NCBI GenBank assembly: GCA_965202785.1
Contig: OZ241855.1
Span: 64,001-128,000, forward strand
DNA from: Thermodesulfobacteriota bacterium
GTDB taxonomy: Bacteria; Desulfobacterota_D; UBA1144; Nemesobacterales; Nemesobacteraceae
Direction: 5' to 3'
Length of the DNA stretch: 64,000 nucleotides
The notes under the pieces were generated by a model that was not told the origin of the DNA, ran no database searches, and saw nothing but the letters and a program-made list of their open reading frames with translations. Position numbers and translations under genes: made by a program. Positions 33,641 to 42,111 of this stretch are shown one piece after another; the stretch's first letter is position 1; each line of letters begins with the position of its first letter.

Positions 33641-34849
33641 TCACCGGACCTCAAGTATTATCTTCTGTATGTCCGAGGTCCTCTCAGACGCGGAGCACAT
33701 TTCCATCACCCTGCGCCTCGCGTTTCGGCCCATTTCACCCCGGGCCTCAGCGTCCCGCGCAAGAATCGAGACGCTCTCTCCTATCTTCTCAAAATCCCCC
33801 GAGGTGCAGAGAAAACCGGTCTTTCCGTCTTCAACGGCCTCCGCTATTCCACCTATTGAAAACCCCACGACGGGAAGGCTGAACGCCATCGCCTCTATCA
33901 CGGACCTCGGGAAAGGGTCCGGATAATTGGACGGAATAACGAAGAGGTCAAAGTCCTTAAGATAAGGCCTTACGTCCTTTCTGTATCCTGTGAAGATAAA
34001 GCTGTCCCGCACCCCCAGGCTCTCCGCGTGATCCTCAAGCTCCCGCAGGTGGTTTCTCGGGAAAAACCACGGAGTATCTCCGACTATAACGAACTTTGTT
34101 TTCTCCTTGATATTGCCGTCTGAGACAAGTCGACTTACAGTGTCGATGAACTCCACGTAGCCTTTTCTCGGAACCACCCTTCCGGTGTTTCCGACAAGCA
34201 CCGTATCCGGTGGGATGGAGAACTCCTCTCTCAGGGAACCCCGAACGGAATCCTTGTCGAAATCCGCAGGGTCAATGCCGTTATAGACGACGTGAACCTT
34301 GCTCTTCGCTCTCTCAAACGGCTTGGCCGTGGCACGGGAAACGCATATTATCTTCTTCACGCACTGAAACCCCGAGAGCGTTTCCATCAAAGATTTCATA
34401 AACCGCGTCTGCTGTATGTTCCTTACGTGCCAGATAACGGGTTTCTTGTTTCTCTTTCCGATCAGAGTGCCCACGATCTTTGCGAGGGTTCCGTTGCAGT
34501 AGACAATGTCGATCGCGTTCTCCCTGATTATTTTAGGGGAACCCAAGAGCAGACGGAGCATATTCACTATGTTTGCGATTATTGAGAAAACTCTCATAAG
34601 ACCCGGGGCCCATGTGGTGTCCGTCACTATTGTTGATTTCTGTATGTTCTCGGGAAACCTGGGGTCGACTATGACGTTTTCAAAGATGCCCTCGGATTTC
34701 AGGCTCTCAGAGAATATGTCGTGCTTCGGCACGAGCACAAACGGGTTTATCTTATCCCGGTCAATGTACTTCAGTATGTAGAGAAGGCTTCTCCCCGGTC
34801 CTCCGTCCCTTACCGAGTGATTGATGAAAAGTACATTCGTTTTTTTCAT
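33641..34849 (-). CDS. Glycosyltransferase family 4
   Basis: GG motif, WHVR, VYNGID, GRVVPRKG, DPFPRSVIEAMA. Confidence 0.88.
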   Translation of the reverse strand: MKKTNVLFINHSVRDGGPGRSLLYILKYIDRDKINPFVLVPKHDIFSESLKSEGIFENVIVDPRFPENIQKSTIVTDTTWAPGLMRVFSIIANIVNMLRLLLGSPKIIRENAIDIVYCNGTLAKIVGTLIGKRNKKPVIWHVRNIQQTRFMKSLMETLSGFQCVKKIICVSRATAKPFERAKSKVHVVYNGIDPADFDKDSVRGSLREEFSIPPDTVLVGNTGRVVPRKGYVEFIDTVSRLVSDGNIKEKTKFVIVGDTPWFFPRNHLRELEDHAESLGVRDSFIFTGYRKDVRPYLKDFDLFVIPSNYPDPFPRSVIEAMAFSLPVVGFSIGGIAEAVEDGKTGFLCTSGDFEKIGESVSILARDAEARGEMGRNARRRVMEMCSASERTSDIQKIILEVR

Positions 34850-34963
34850 ATTGGCTGATATTGCGGTAAAATCCCCGGAGTGTCAGAGTGGAAAAGAAAA
34901 ATAAACTAATACGAATTTCATGTTATCTTTTATGTCAGGCAAATTAAAAATCAAGGAATCTTA

Positions 34964-35641
34964 ATGCACACAAAAACCTGCGCAAGCGCCGTGAAAATTT
35001 ACCTGTTTTTCCTTTTTATTTCCTTATTCGCAGTTTCGGGGTGTGGTCTGGATGTCGAGTTCGGCGGAAACGAAAATGAGGACGTGGAAAAAAACGAGGT
35101 GATCACTGGGTTTATCGAGGAAGTAATTCCGGATATAGGAGATTCCAGCCTCGTTGTTAGGGCAAGCGTAGTAAGAGATGAGACAGTATTTTGCTGTGAA
35201 GATACGACATCTGTAAGAGATGATTTCCACATAGAAAACAACCTCGATCCAAAAGTAGAACTTGAATTTCTTGAGAACGGAAACTCCTCGCTTGGCACAA
35301 TAAGAATTCCCGTTTTCCCGGGAGCTACGATCGATATTGCGGATATTATAATTGAGGATAGAGTCCCAAGGTATGATTACATCAATATAAGCTTCGAGGG
35401 GCAGGTAGATTCGAAAAACTGTGTCGACGACACCACGCCAAGCGGAACCATGAGGGTGAAAATATTATCTGAAGGCAACGAAACGGAAGTAACGGTCAAT
35501 CTGACATCAAGAACCGATATTGAAAGAGGGGACGAAGAAGATCTCCCGTGCGAAGAAATAGTCGAGGGACGCAAAATCAAGGTAGACGGGAAACTGGGCA
35601 TAGGCGAGACCGTAGAAGCAGATTTAGTTGAAATACTCTGA
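34964..35641 (+). CDS. Hypothetical acidic lipoprotein (C-terminal OB-like region)
   Basis: Lipobox VSGC; Asp/Glu-rich; AT-richer codons. Confidence 0.7.
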   Translation: MHTKTCASAVKIYLFFLFISLFAVSGCGLDVEFGGNENEDVEKNEVITGFIEEVIPDIGDSSLVVRASVVRDETVFCCEDTTSVRDDFHIENNLDPKVELEFLENGNSSLGTIRIPVFPGATIDIADIIIEDRVPRYDYINISFEGQVDSKNCVDDTTPSGTMRVKILSEGNETEVTVNLTSRTDIERGDEEDLPCEEIVEGRKIKVDGKLGIGETVEADLVEIL

Positions 35642-35656
35642 GCCGCTCTCCGTAAA

Positions 35657-36757
35657 CTACCTCCCCTCCACAGTCATACGCGCTCTTTCCCTGCCTTTAT
35701 CCGTAAGAAAAAGCCCTCCGCCCGCAACAGCTATTTCTCCTTTCTGCTTTAGAAATTCGACCACTTTTGAGGCGAAGTCAGCCGACCGAAACATGCCTCG
35801 GCTGTCGGGGTGGTTCTTTACCGCATTTCCTCTTTCCTGGTTGTAAAGACTCACGAGGAGCGAAGCCTCGGCAAAATCCATCCTCTGTCTCCTTTTTTCT
35901 CTCATTATGCCGAAGAGCCCCCTTTGAGGAGCAAGGAGAAAAACCACGAGAAAAAACAGCCCGCACACGAAAGCCATTGAACCGGCTATGTTAACGTCAA
36001 GCCAGTTGGCAACCCAGAATCCCGAAACGGCCGCCGAGATCCCAAAGACCACGCTCAGGAGAATCATCCTGAAAAGCGAATCCGTAAGAAGATAGGCGCA
36101 GCACGGCGGAATCACTATAAGCGCTATAACAAGTATCGAGCCCACGGCGTCAAACGCCCCGACGCATGTAAGCGACACGACAGCCATAAGCAGATAGTGG
36201 ATGAGCCGGGGACGGAATCCTATTGACGACGCAAAACTCTCGTCAAAGGTTGACACCTTGAGCTCCTTGTAGAAAAAGCAAATGAAAAGCAGATTCAGAA
36301 GAAGAATCGAACCCATTACGTAAGCCGATTTGGGTCCCAGGTCCACACCCGAGAGAATCAGGCGGTGAAAAGGGGCAAACGCTATCTCCCCGAGAAGCAC
36401 CGAGTGGGTGTCAATATGCACGTTTCGCGCGTACTTGGAAAGCAGTATGACCGCCACGCTGAAAAGAAACGGGAAGACTATCCCTATCGAGGCGTCCTTT
36501 TTTACCAGCCTTGCCCGGTTAACCGCCTCTATGAGGGAAATCGCAAGCACCCCGCTTACGGCAGCTCCTATTATGAGAATCGGCGACGAAAGGTCCCCTA
36601 CGAGAAAAAAAGCGAGGATTATGCCGAGCAGAATGGAATGGCTGATCGCGTCAGTCATCATGGACATTCTCCTCAGGACAAGAAACGCCCCCGGCATGGC
36701 GCATGAAGCCGCAACTATGATGGCTACCAGCTGTATATCAAACTGATGCGCGCTCAT
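35657..36757 (-). CDS. Mn/Zn/Fe ABC transporter permease (TroD/MntD-like) with C-terminal wHTH-like tail
   Basis: LRRMSMMTDAISHSILLG, ELKVSTFD, AFDAVGSILV. Confidence 0.9.
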   Translation of the reverse strand: MSAHQFDIQLVAIIVAASCAMPGAFLVLRRMSMMTDAISHSILLGIILAFFLVGDLSSPILIIGAAVSGVLAISLIEAVNRARLVKKDASIGIVFPFLFSVAVILLSKYARNVHIDTHSVLLGEIAFAPFHRLILSGVDLGPKSAYVMGSILLLNLLFICFFYKELKVSTFDESFASSIGFRPRLIHYLLMAVVSLTCVGAFDAVGSILVIALIVIPPCCAYLLTDSLFRMILLSVVFGISAAVSGFWVANWLDVNIAGSMAFVCGLFFLVVFLLAPQRGLFGIMREKRRQRMDFAEASLLVSLYNQERGNAVKNHPDSRGMFRSADFASKVVEFLKQKGEIAVAGGGLFLTDKGRERARMTVEGR

Positions 36758-37881
36758 CCGTTACTCCCCACCGGCGAAAGCCTTCTGATCTCGCGAATGC
36801 CGCTTGGGGTAAGCCGCCAGTTCTCTTCCCCCGCTCTCTCCACGTATCCCGCCGCCTGCAGCTGCAAAAGACTTTTTCTCACGTTAAACCCCTTCTCGCT
36901 TCCAAGCGCAAGCAGCTTCTCGGAATGCGCGTAGCCGGGGTCGTTATGCTCAAGGGCCAGATCGTGCAGGGCTTTTAAGACGTAATCCCTTTTTATCTCC
37001 CTTCTGCTCCTGGCGTCCTTGAACCTCAGGGTGAAAAATCCGTTCGGCGAGAAGAGAACCGAAAAAAAAGCGATAACGCTCACGCAGACTATAACCGCGG
37101 GTCCCGTCGGCACGTTCTCAAGCCCGGCACTCAGCGCAACACCGGTTACGCCGGAGACAGCCGCTACCGAGGCCGAAAGAATCACCATCGAGCCCATACT
37201 GCCGGTCCACTGTCTGGCCGCAACCGCGGGGGCAATGAGCATTGAACTCATAAGCACGACCCCTACTGTCTGCAGCCCGATCACTATCGCCGAAACTATG
37301 ACGGCCGTGACGAGCAGGTCCAGAGACTTCATGGAAAAACCCATAGTGCCTCCGAAATCCGGATCGAAGCAAAGAAGCTTGAACTCTTTCCAGAAAAGTC
37401 CCACGACCAAAAGGGCGAAAAGCCCCGTAAGACCTATAACAAGGACGTCTTTTTCGACAAGCGCCTCCGCCTGACCGAAAAGGAACTTGTCAAGCCCCGC
37501 CTGGTTGGCATCCGGCATTTTCTGCGCGTAGGTAAGAAGAACAAGCCCAAGCCCGAAAAAGACAGAAAGCGCCATCCCCATTGCGCTGTCGGTCTTTATC
37601 CTTGAGTTGCTCGTAATCAGGTTGATCACAAAAACCGCCAGGACGGCTGAGAGCGCAGCCCCGATAAAGATCGGCAGCTGTTCCTTGACTCCCATTATTA
37701 TGAAGGCAAGCACTATTCCGGGAAGGGCCGCGTGCGACATGACATCGCCCACGAGACTTTGCTTTCTAAGCACCGCGTAAGAGCCGACCACGCCGCTTAC
37801 AATCCCAAGAGAAGCCGCTCCCAGGAGAATGGTCCTGGCCGTGTAGTCAGAGAAAAGCTCAACCGCGAATTCAAGCATCAC
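36754..37881 (-). CDS. Mn/Zn/Fe ABC transporter permease (TroC/MntC-like) with C-terminal wHTH-like tail
   Basis: LRKQSLVGDVMSHAALPG, FLFGQA, KEFKLLCFDP, PAVAARQW, PTGP. Confidence 0.9.
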   Translation of the reverse strand: MMLEFAVELFSDYTARTILLGAASLGIVSGVVGSYAVLRKQSLVGDVMSHAALPGIVLAFIIMGVKEQLPIFIGAALSAVLAVFVINLITSNSRIKTDSAMGMALSVFFGLGLVLLTYAQKMPDANQAGLDKFLFGQAEALVEKDVLVIGLTGLFALLVVGLFWKEFKLLCFDPDFGGTMGFSMKSLDLLVTAVIVSAIVIGLQTVGVVLMSSMLIAPAVAARQWTGSMGSMVILSASVAAVSGVTGVALSAGLENVPTGPAVIVCVSVIAFFSVLFSPNGFFTLRFKDARSRREIKRDYVLKALHDLALEHNDPGYAHSEKLLALGSEKGFNVRKSLLQLQAAGYVERAGEENWRLTPSGIREIRRLSPVGSNG

Positions 37882-38654
37882 ACCGCCCTTTTGGCCGATT
37901 TCCTTTCGGGGAAAAAGGAGGTCTTGCCTCCGTAAGCCTTCATGAGGTTCTCGGAATTAAAGACCTCACCCACCCTCCCCGAGGCCACAAGTCCCACATT
38001 CAGAATGGCAATCCGCTCGTAGTACTCGGAAACGGTGTTAAGATCGTGATGAACCGCGAGCACAGTCTTTCCCCCGGCAGTGAGTTCTTTCAGTATCCTG
38101 ACTATCGCTTTTTCAGTAGTAGCGTCAACGCCCTGGAAGGGTTCATCCAGGAGGTAAACCGACGCGCTCTGGACAAGGGCTCTCGCGAGAAAGACTCTCT
38201 GCTGCTGTCCTCCGGAGAGCTGGCTTATCTGCCTCTGGGCAAACTCAAGCATATCGACTTTTTCAAGAGCGCTGAGCGCCTTTTCATGCTCCCTTTTTCC
38301 GGGACGCCTTATCCAGCCCAGGTCTCCGTAACTCCCCATCTTCACCGTATCCACTACGGAGGTGGGAAAATCCCAGTCCACAGAACCTCTCTGGGGAACG
38401 TAACTCACTTCCTTTCTTTGTCTTTCGTAAGGTTTACCGTGGATCGAGACGACCCCCGCAACGCGCGGAACAAGTCCCTGGATGGATTTTATCAGCGTTG
38501 TCTTGCCGGCGCCGTTTGGTCCCACGACGGCGACCATCGACCCGGTTGGAATCTCAAGATCTATATCCCAGAGAACGGTCTTGTCGCCGTAAGCGACGGT
38601 AAGGTCCGTCACACGGACAGCCGGAACGGCCGGATTCTGCTCTCCGCTGCTCAT
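37878..38654 (-). CDS. Metal ABC transporter ATP-binding protein (TroB/MntB-like)
   Basis: GPNGAGKT, YVPQR, LSGGQQQR, LLDEPF, VHHDL. Confidence 0.93.
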   Translation of the reverse strand: MSSGEQNPAVPAVRVTDLTVAYGDKTVLWDIDLEIPTGSMVAVVGPNGAGKTTLIKSIQGLVPRVAGVVSIHGKPYERQRKEVSYVPQRGSVDWDFPTSVVDTVKMGSYGDLGWIRRPGKREHEKALSALEKVDMLEFAQRQISQLSGGQQQRVFLARALVQSASVYLLDEPFQGVDATTEKAIVRILKELTAGGKTVLAVHHDLNTVSEYYERIAILNVGLVASGRVGEVFNSENLMKAYGGKTSFFPERKSAKRAV

Positions 38655-39637
38655 TACCCATCTCCGACGGCTTCGGCTTTGGAATCAGCAACCTCGATGC
38701 TGCGGCTGAGAGACTCAACGATAGTATCCACATTGCTTCTGAACATCCCTATGTAGCTGCCCTCTTCTGTTCCCGGGCTGCCCATTGAGTCCGAGTAAAG
38801 ACTGCCGCCTATCCGGACATCAAAACCCCTTGCCTTCACCGAGGCCCGGAGGGCACGCATGTATCTGGGAGAAATGGAGGTTTCGACGAAAACTGCCGGA
38901 ATTTTTCGCTCGGTGATCACCCTTGAGAGATTCTGTATATCCGCAACGCTCGCTTCGGAATCGGTACTTATTCCCTGAAGCCCCATCACCTCAAACCCGT
39001 AACCTCTTCCGAAGTAATTAAATGCGTCGTGGGCCGTTATAAGCACCCTTCTTTCGTGGCGCAACGAGTCTATCTTCTTCTGTATGTAAGACTGCAAAAG
39101 GTTCAGTTCCTTGAGATAGGATTCGGCGTTCTGCCTGTAGGTACCGGCGTTTTGCGGGTCGTAGAGCGAGAAGGCCTCCATGACAATCTTGGCCGCTTTT
39201 TTCCACAGAGTGACGTCAAACCAGATATGCGGGTCGTAGTACCCTTCATATTCCTCGGGAGAAAGAAGCAGGGACTTGTCGATTCCCTCCGCGACGCCCA
39301 CGGTGAATACCCCGCTTTTTTTCATCTGCGCAAGAACATCCGTAATCTTTCCCTCAAGGCGAAGTCCGTTATAAAAAATCATGTCGGCTCCGGCAAGCTT
39401 TTCCACGTCTCCGGCACTTGCCTTGTAAAGATGCGGGTCAACCCCGGTTCCCATGAGGGAGATGACCTCCGCTTTCTCTCCGGCGACGTTCTTGACGAGA
39501 TCCCCGATCAAGGCGGTGGTCGTAACCACTTTTATCGTGCCTTCCCTTTTTACGCTTCCGCTGCTTTCGGCGCAGGACGCGCAGAGCACCAGCAGCGCAG
39601 AAAGCAGAAAGAACCTTATGCCCGTTATCATTTTCAT
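38654..39637 (-). CDS. Metal ABC transporter substrate-binding lipoprotein (TroA/MntA-like)
   Basis: GVDPHLY, YNGLRLE, DPHIWFD, TAHDAFNYF, LYSDSMG. Confidence 0.93.
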   Translation of the reverse strand: MKMITGIRFFLLSALLVLCASCAESSGSVKREGTIKVVTTTALIGDLVKNVAGEKAEVISLMGTGVDPHLYKASAGDVEKLAGADMIFYNGLRLEGKITDVLAQMKKSGVFTVGVAEGIDKSLLLSPEEYEGYYDPHIWFDVTLWKKAAKIVMEAFSLYDPQNAGTYRQNAESYLKELNLLQSYIQKKIDSLRHERRVLITAHDAFNYFGRGYGFEVMGLQGISTDSEASVADIQNLSRVITERKIPAVFVETSISPRYMRALRASVKARGFDVRIGGSLYSDSMGSPGTEEGSYIGMFRSNVDTIVESLSRSIEVADSKAEAVGDG

Positions 39638-39648
39638 TTCTTCCTCTC

Positions 39649-40308
39649 TCAGTTGTTCGCTTTCTCAACCAGTATGTACTTGGCGGCGTTTCTCCCTATG
39701 GGATGTTCCTTACCGGTCAGCTCGACGATTATGGGACCCTTAAAAGGCTGCTTCGAGATAACCGTCATCTCGGTCTCGGGGTAAAGGCCTATCCCGCCCA
39801 GGTAACGAAGCAGTTCCGGGTCATGATCGCTCACTTCAACCACTCTCACCAAGGTGTCGGGCTCCACATCCACAAGGGCGTCGCACTCCCTCACAATCAT
39901 GGTGCCGTCTCGGCGCGGAATCGGCGAACCGTGCGGGTCGGTGACCGGATAACCCAGGAACTTGTCAATCCTGTCTTCAAGATCCTCTGAGAGCACGTGT
40001 TCCCATTTCTCGGCTTCCTGATGCACCTGGTCCCAGGGAACACCGAGCGCCTCCTTGAGGTAAAGCTCGATAAGCCGGTGATGTCTGATTATCTCAAGAG
40101 CTATCTTCCTGCCAGCGGGAGTAAGCTTCACCCCCTGGTAGCGCTTGTGGGTTATGAGCTTTTTCTCCGAGAGCTTCTTCATCATGCTCGTCACCGAAGC
40201 CGGAGACACGCCCAGTTTTTCCGAAAGCGCGCTGGTCGAAACCTTTCCTTCGGAAGTCTCAACCTCGTAAATGGTCTTCAGGTAATCCTCTATTGATTGT
40301 GAAAGCAT
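39649..40308 (-). CDS. mntR: DtxR/MntR-family metal-dependent repressor with FeoA domain
   Basis: EDYLKTIY, SVTSMMKKL, RHHRLIE, EAEKWEH, DPHGSPIP; start placed at MLSQSIEDY. Confidence 0.9.
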   Translation of the reverse strand: MLSQSIEDYLKTIYEVETSEGKVSTSALSEKLGVSPASVTSMMKKLSEKKLITHKRYQGVKLTPAGRKIALEIIRHHRLIELYLKEALGVPWDQVHQEAEKWEHVLSEDLEDRIDKFLGYPVTDPHGSPIPRRDGTMIVRECDALVDVEPDTLVRVVEVSDHDPELLRYLGGIGLYPETEMTVISKQPFKGPIIVELTGKEHPIGRNAAKYILVEKANN

Positions 40309-40363
40309 CTTTTCTCTCTTTATCTCAGCGAAAACCGCTTGAGATTCAGACAGGCAAAAAAAT

Positions 40364-40383
40364 ATTTTAGCCTTGTCTAAATT
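40364..40383. promoter_or_regulatory. Candidate DtxR/MntR operator
   Basis: TTTAG-N6-CTAAA palindrome (40366-40381) just downstream of the predicted start site of the mntR-tro operon. Confidence 0.7.
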
Positions 40384-40391
40384 TGTTTTTA

Positions 40392-40419
40392 ATTCTAGCA
40401 AAAACAAACCCGCTGTCAA
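40392..40419 (-). promoter_or_regulatory. Sigma70 promoter of the mntR-tro operon
   Basis: TTGACA (40419-40414), N16, TAGAAT (40397-40392) with an extended TGn. Confidence 0.7.
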
Positions 40420-40468
40420 GAATAAATCGGGGTTTCTAAAGAGATATTTATGGCTTAGAATAAGCCCT

Positions 40469-41284
40469 ATGCGGAAGCAGTGTCATAAAAGAATAAATCC
40501 CCTTGCGGCCGTGGCAGGTCTTGTCTGCCTCTTTCTCCTTGTTTTTTCCTCATGTTTTACGACGGAAAACAAGGGGTATTATCCCGGCGGGACCACCTTC
40601 AATGTGCTCTACTCTTTCCCCCATGATCTGACCGCCTTCACTCAGGGATTTGTCTACAGAGACGGTTTCCTTTATGAAAGTACCGGGCTTCACGGGAACT
40701 CATCTCTTAGAAAAATCAACCCGGTCACAGGACAGGTGCTTGCCAAGGTAGACCTTCCCGCGAGGTTTTTCGGCGAAGGTCTTACCATGATAGGCGACAG
40801 CATATACCAGCTCACCTGGAGGTCCAGGCAGGGTTTCATATACGACAAGGAGAGCCTGCGGCAGAAAGGGTCGTTTACCTATTTCACCGAAGGCTGGGGA
40901 CTTACCGACGACGGAACTCAACTCATAATGAGCGACGGAACCGAAAAACTGTATTTTCTTTCCCCCACGAACTTCGGGACAACGAAAGTCTTAAGCGTAA
41001 AGGAGAATGGGTCGGCAGTTGCCATGCTTAACGAGCTTGAATACGTGGAGGGGAAAATCTACTGCAACATACTGCACTCGGACGACATAGTGGTGGTAGA
41101 TTCCCACAGCGGCATGGTGGAGAGACGGATAAACCTGGGGGAACTCAGAGAAAGGCTGAGTTCTCCGGACAGAGCGGGAGTACTGAACGGAATCGCCTGG
41201 AAATCCTCCTCCCGCACTTTCCTTATCACCGGAAAGAACTGGTCCGAGGTTTTCGAGATAAAGTTCGGTTCCGCTTTCCCTTGA
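40469..41284 (+). CDS. Glutaminyl-peptide cyclotransferase (beta-propeller type), probable lipoprotein
   Basis: AFTQG, YESTG, FFGEG, QLTW, EGWGL, MSDG, LNELE, VLNGIA, TGKNW; start uncertain (ORF opens at 40373). Confidence 0.9.
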   Translation: MRKQCHKRINPLAAVAGLVCLFLLVFSSCFTTENKGYYPGGTTFNVLYSFPHDLTAFTQGFVYRDGFLYESTGLHGNSSLRKINPVTGQVLAKVDLPARFFGEGLTMIGDSIYQLTWRSRQGFIYDKESLRQKGSFTYFTEGWGLTDDGTQLIMSDGTEKLYFLSPTNFGTTKVLSVKENGSAVAMLNELEYVEGKIYCNILHSDDIVVVDSHSGMVERRINLGELRERLSSPDRAGVLNGIAWKSSSRTFLITGKNWSEVFEIKFGSAFP

Positions 41285-41323
41285 AGCGGGAACCTAAGCG
41301 GGTAGACTCATTTTCCCTTCTGT

Positions 41324-41397
41324 GTCCCCGTAGCTCAGTTGGATAGAGCGCAGGATTCCTAATCCTGAGGCCGCAGGTTCGAATCCTGCCGGGGACG
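41324..41397 (+). tRNA. tRNA-Arg(CCT)
   Basis: GTCCCCG/CGGGGAC acceptor stem, CAGGA-TTCCTAA-TCCTG anticodon arm, GGTTCGAATCC; CCA not encoded. Confidence 0.96.
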
Positions 41398-41412
41398 CGC
41401 CAGCAAGAAACC

Positions 41413-42105
41413 CTACGAAAAAAGCTGCCTGAATATCATCCAGATGATCTTCACCCCGGCCATAAAACTTCCCGTGATTGTTCCGGTTACCTTTGAAGTT
41501 CCTATTCTCTTTCTGTAACTCACCGGGACCTCGGCGCAGCGAAGTCCTTTCTTCGCAGCCTTCACCTGCATCTCAACCGTCCATCCGAAAGTCCTGTCTC
41601 TCATGCCGAGAGAAAGGAGCTTGTCGTATCTTATAGCCCTGAAGGGACCAAGGTCGGTAAAGCTCACCCCGTAAAACAGCTTTATGAGTCTGGTCGCCAC
41701 GTAGTTGCCCACAAGGGCTTGGGGCAAAAGCGCTCCTTTCTGTCTTTCGCCGATGGTTCTTGATCCTATGACGAGATCGTATCCGCTATCTGTTATCGGG
41801 GAGAGAAGGGTTTTCATTTCCCGTGGATAGTCAGAATAGTCTCCATCCAGAAATACTATGATATCAGGCAGATACGAAGAACTCTTAATGTAACTTATCC
41901 CCGCAAGGCAAGCCTGTCCGTATCCCTTTTTCCCTTCGCTCACAACCGTGGCTCCACAGCCCGAAGCAACACGTGCCGTGGAGTCCGTCGAACCGTTGTC
42001 GACAACCACTATCTCCGTTACGAGGTCCCGGGGAATATCCCCGATCACCTGTCCTATGGAGCGCTCTTCGTTCAGTGCCGGGATGATTACGACCGTTTTT
42101 TTCAT
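41413..42105 (-). CDS. Glycosyltransferase family 2
   Basis: IIPALNEE, VVDNGSTD, GYG, FLDGD, DLGPFRAI. Confidence 0.9.
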   Translation of the reverse strand: MKKTVVIIPALNEERSIGQVIGDIPRDLVTEIVVVDNGSTDSTARVASGCGATVVSEGKKGYGQACLAGISYIKSSSYLPDIIVFLDGDYSDYPREMKTLLSPITDSGYDLVIGSRTIGERQKGALLPQALVGNYVATRLIKLFYGVSFTDLGPFRAIRYDKLLSLGMRDRTFGWTVEMQVKAAKKGLRCAEVPVSYRKRIGTSKVTGTITGSFMAGVKIIWMIFRQLFS

Positions 42106-42111
42106 GGGATT

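Noticed and set aside
41324-41412. tRNA-Arg as an integration site
   Set aside because: Directly abutted by a host-like GT2 gene; no repeat or compositional shift.
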